Source of the DNA: Gnetum montanum | Taxonomy: Eukaryota; Plantae; Gnetophyta | Length of the DNA: 64,000 nucleotides | NCBI GenBank assembly: GCA_015680685.1 | Contig: MNCI01000751.1 | Location: forward strand, 124,001 to 188,000 | Reading direction: 5' to 3' | Shown: piece by piece, positions 60,883 to 64,000 of the stretch | How the letters are laid out: each line of letters starts with the position of its first letter | How positions within the stretch are numbered: position 1 is the stretch's first letter | Notes under the pieces: generated by a model | The model's input: the letters and a program-made list of their open reading frames with translations, nothing else | Told to the model about the DNA's origin: nothing | Databases searched by the model: none | Program-made: the position numbers and the translations under genes

Positions 60883-63800
60883 ATGAAAATGGCCATAGAA
60901 GCTAAGGATTACCAACATACCTAATTTCTTCAACTTAATGTCCAACCTGAAGAATAAATTGGAGAGAAATAGAGGCCTAAGCTAATGATCGGATGAATGC
61001 CCTTGAAGAACAAATTAATGAGATTAGGGGTGTTCAAGAAGAGCTTCGTCAGTCAAATCAGAGGTTTGGGATAGAAATGCAAAATATATCTGAGGAAATT
61101 AGGAAATTCTCCTAGAGTTTAAAGGATAAATGATTAGAGGTGCAAGGAAAAATGGATTCCTTTGCAGACTCCATCAAGCAATTAACTGATCATCTCACTT
61201 AGCCTTTAAATCCTACCCACGTTTCACCTAGGAATCAACATCAAGATTAATATCAACTTTCCCCTAGGGATCCACACCAAAAACAACCCCTACTTGCTAG
61301 TGGACAGGATATTGAAATCCCTCCTTTAGGCCATAGAGTAGTAATTGAAGGTGAGAGATATGGGAATTGGCTTAATCCACCTAGAGAATTGTTGATCCAA
61401 GTACATGCCAAGAAAGTAAAATTAGATCATTATGATGGAGCCTTGGATCCAGTGCCAAGATAAAGAATTAGCTTGATACAATGAAAACCTACTTCGATAT
61501 GTTAAAATTTTCAAGCCAGGAATGTTTAGACGTTATCTCCTTGTATTTAGGAGGATTTGTGGCAACATTGTGGAAGGAATTGAGATCTAAAGGTTTGATT
61601 ACAAATTGGATTAATTTTTGTCTAGATTTTGAACAAAAATTTGTACCCAATTCTTTCCTCAAAGAGTGGAAAATGGGATTTGATTTCTTAGGATTGGGAA
61701 GGTCATCCGTAGAAGATTACTAAAAAGAATTCTGTGATCTTTCTCGGTATGCAAGTCATGGGGCTGAGGGAGAATCGTCTTCAAAATTCATTAGTGGACT
61801 ACATGCTCAACCGCGTCACCAAACACAAGCTCATAATCCTTAAACTATTGATGAAGCATAGAGAATTACTAAGGATTATGAGGAATCGAATTAGATACAA
61901 GCTACTCTTTGACAAGCAAGTCTTTGACAAACTACCTTTTCACAAGAAATGGTAGAGGAAACACCAACTGAAAGAGCTTGGTCTAGATCAAGATGTTTTG
62001 TTTGTGGAAAAGATCATTTCAAATGAGTCTATCCAAAATTACAAACAAAAGTACAAAGGACCAACCAAATCAGGAATAAAAAATCCAACCCAAACATGAA
62101 CAAAAGAAAAATTCCAACCACCACCACAACTGTGAAGAAGATATTGGCATCAACTAAATTAGGTTTGTGTGAATTTGAATTTGCTTTAATAATTTTTTAA
62201 GGTTTAATTAAAGGTAAAAAAATTAAATTTTTGATTGATAGTGGTGCAAATGATAGCTTTATTTCTCCAAAGTTAATTAATTTGATGAAATTAAGGTTAC
62301 CTTCCAAGAAAATTATTAGGATAGAATTGGTAGATGGAATGACTATGAGCAAGCATACCAGGTATGGAAAAATTAACTTTACCTTGCAAAACATGTGTTT
62401 CATTGATGAATTCTTTGAATTTAAACTAGGTGATGTTGATGTAATTTTAGAAATGTTTTGCAAAAATTTGATATTACTAACCACTTTGGAACTCGTATTT
62501 TAAAAGTTCCAACAATTGACGGAGTCAAGGTTCTAAGGGGGGTAGGAATAGCAAGGGAAATTTATATAATAATCATTAAGCAAGCCAAAAGATTAGTCAG
62601 AAAGGGTGCTATGATGTTGGTTGTCAAAGTAATCCAACCTCAGAGATGTTCAGGTACTGAGATTCCAAAAGGACTTAAGGAGTATAAAGATTCAGTATTT
62701 GGGGAAACTAAATAACTATCTCCAAAAAGAACCATTGAGCTTGCTATTGATATTTTTTCTAGTACACAACCTATTTTAAAAGCCCCTTATAGATTTTCTA
62801 CTTCTAAGTTAAGAGAATTAAAAGTACAATTCAACCAATTATTGGAAGAAGGGAAAATTTGACCTAGGGTATCACCTTGGGGTGCACCAGTCTTATTTGT
62901 TAAAAAGAAAGATGGTATGCTAAGATTATGCATTGATTATAGAGCATTGAATAAAGTGATGATTAAAAATACTTATCCTTTACCTAGGATCGATGATTTG
63001 TTTGATCAACTTACAGGTGCATGTTATTTTTCAAAGATTGATTTAAAATCAAGTTATCACCAAATAAGAATCAAGGAGAAAGATATTGAGAAAACTACTT
63101 TTAGAACTACGTATGGATTATACAAATTTGTTGTGAGGATGTTTGGATTAACTAATGCACCTGCAAAATTCATGGCATTAATGAATAATATTTTTCATGA
63201 ATATCTTGATTAGTTTGTTATAGTATTTACAGATGATATACTTGTTTATTCTAAGTCGAGAGAAGAACATGTCAAACATTTAAAAATTACAATGGAAATT
63301 CTTAAAGAGCATTAGCTAAAAGCTAAATTTAGTAAATGTGAACTCTTTAAGGAGGAAGTTTCATACTTAGATCATATACTTTCTAAGAAAGGATTGCAAG
63401 TAGATCTAGCAAAAATTAGTGCAAATTGAGATTGATTTGAATTAAAAGATATTACAGCGATTCGTAGCTTCTTGGATTTAGCTAGTTTTTATTGACATTT
63501 TATTAAATATTATTCCACATTGGTAGCCCAATTGACTGGCCTTTTGCAGGAGAAATGTGTTTTAAGTTTGATGAAAGATGCAGGGAAGCTTTCCTTACAC
63601 TAAAGATTCTACTTACTATAGCACCTATTTTGAGAATTTTGGATGAAGAATTACCATTTGAAGTATCCATAGATGCCTGTCAAATAGGAATTGATGCAGT
63701 TCTTTCACAAGACGATTAAGTGGTATGTTATGAATCTCTTAAATTACGAGGAGCTGAGGTAAATTACTCAACCCATGATTTGGAATTGCTAGCAATTGTC

Positions 63801-64000
63801 CATGCTTTGAAAGTTTGGAGACATTATCTTTGTGGAAAAAGGTTTGTACTAAAAATAGATCATAAAATTTTAGAATATTTGTAGAGACAACCTATTTTGA
63901 ATAGTCATCAAAGGCAATGGGTAGAATTATTGGCTGAATATGATTTTCAAATCAAATATATCCCTGGTAAGAAAAATATGGTAGCCACTGCCCTTAGTTG
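60883..64000 (+). mobile_element. Decayed Ty3/gypsy chromovirus-type gag-protease-RT-RNase H, truncated by the window end
   Basis: KVKLDHYDG; CFVCGKDH; FLIDSGAND; [27 protein letters not shown]; [13 protein letters not shown]; YSTHDLELLAIVHALKVWRHYL. Confidence 0.93.

Overview
AT-rich, transposon-dense land-plant nuclear DNA with five larger assembly gaps; the species cannot be identified from this window. The left 28 kb holds the 5' part of a PIR/SRA1 (CYFIP-family, WAVE/SCAR regulatory complex) gene on the minus strand. Ten coding exons (ATG at 27915) splice in frame to 295 codons, and the gene continues past position 1. Intron 9 has a U12 (minor spliceosome) signature. The large introns contain a 5'-truncated L1-type LINE with target-site duplication (TSD), a Ty1/copia remnant, a Ty3/gypsy pol flanked by inverted LTR copies, RTE LINE fragments, tRNA-derived SINEs and a 156-bp solo LTR. 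The right 35 kb is a nest of LTR retrotransposons: a full-length Athila-like element (TSD GTGAT) inside a Tekay-like LTR carrying a perfect 41-bp satellite, several related LTRs of different ages, a SIRE-like solo LTR, two decayed convergent intron-containing genes, and a chromovirus-type gag-pol preceded by a 5S rRNA-derived segment. All family assignments come from motif recognition by eye, not database searches. No new system is proven. The best leads are the 5S-derived box upstream of gag, the extra coiled-coil ORF in the LINE, and the convergent spliced genes.
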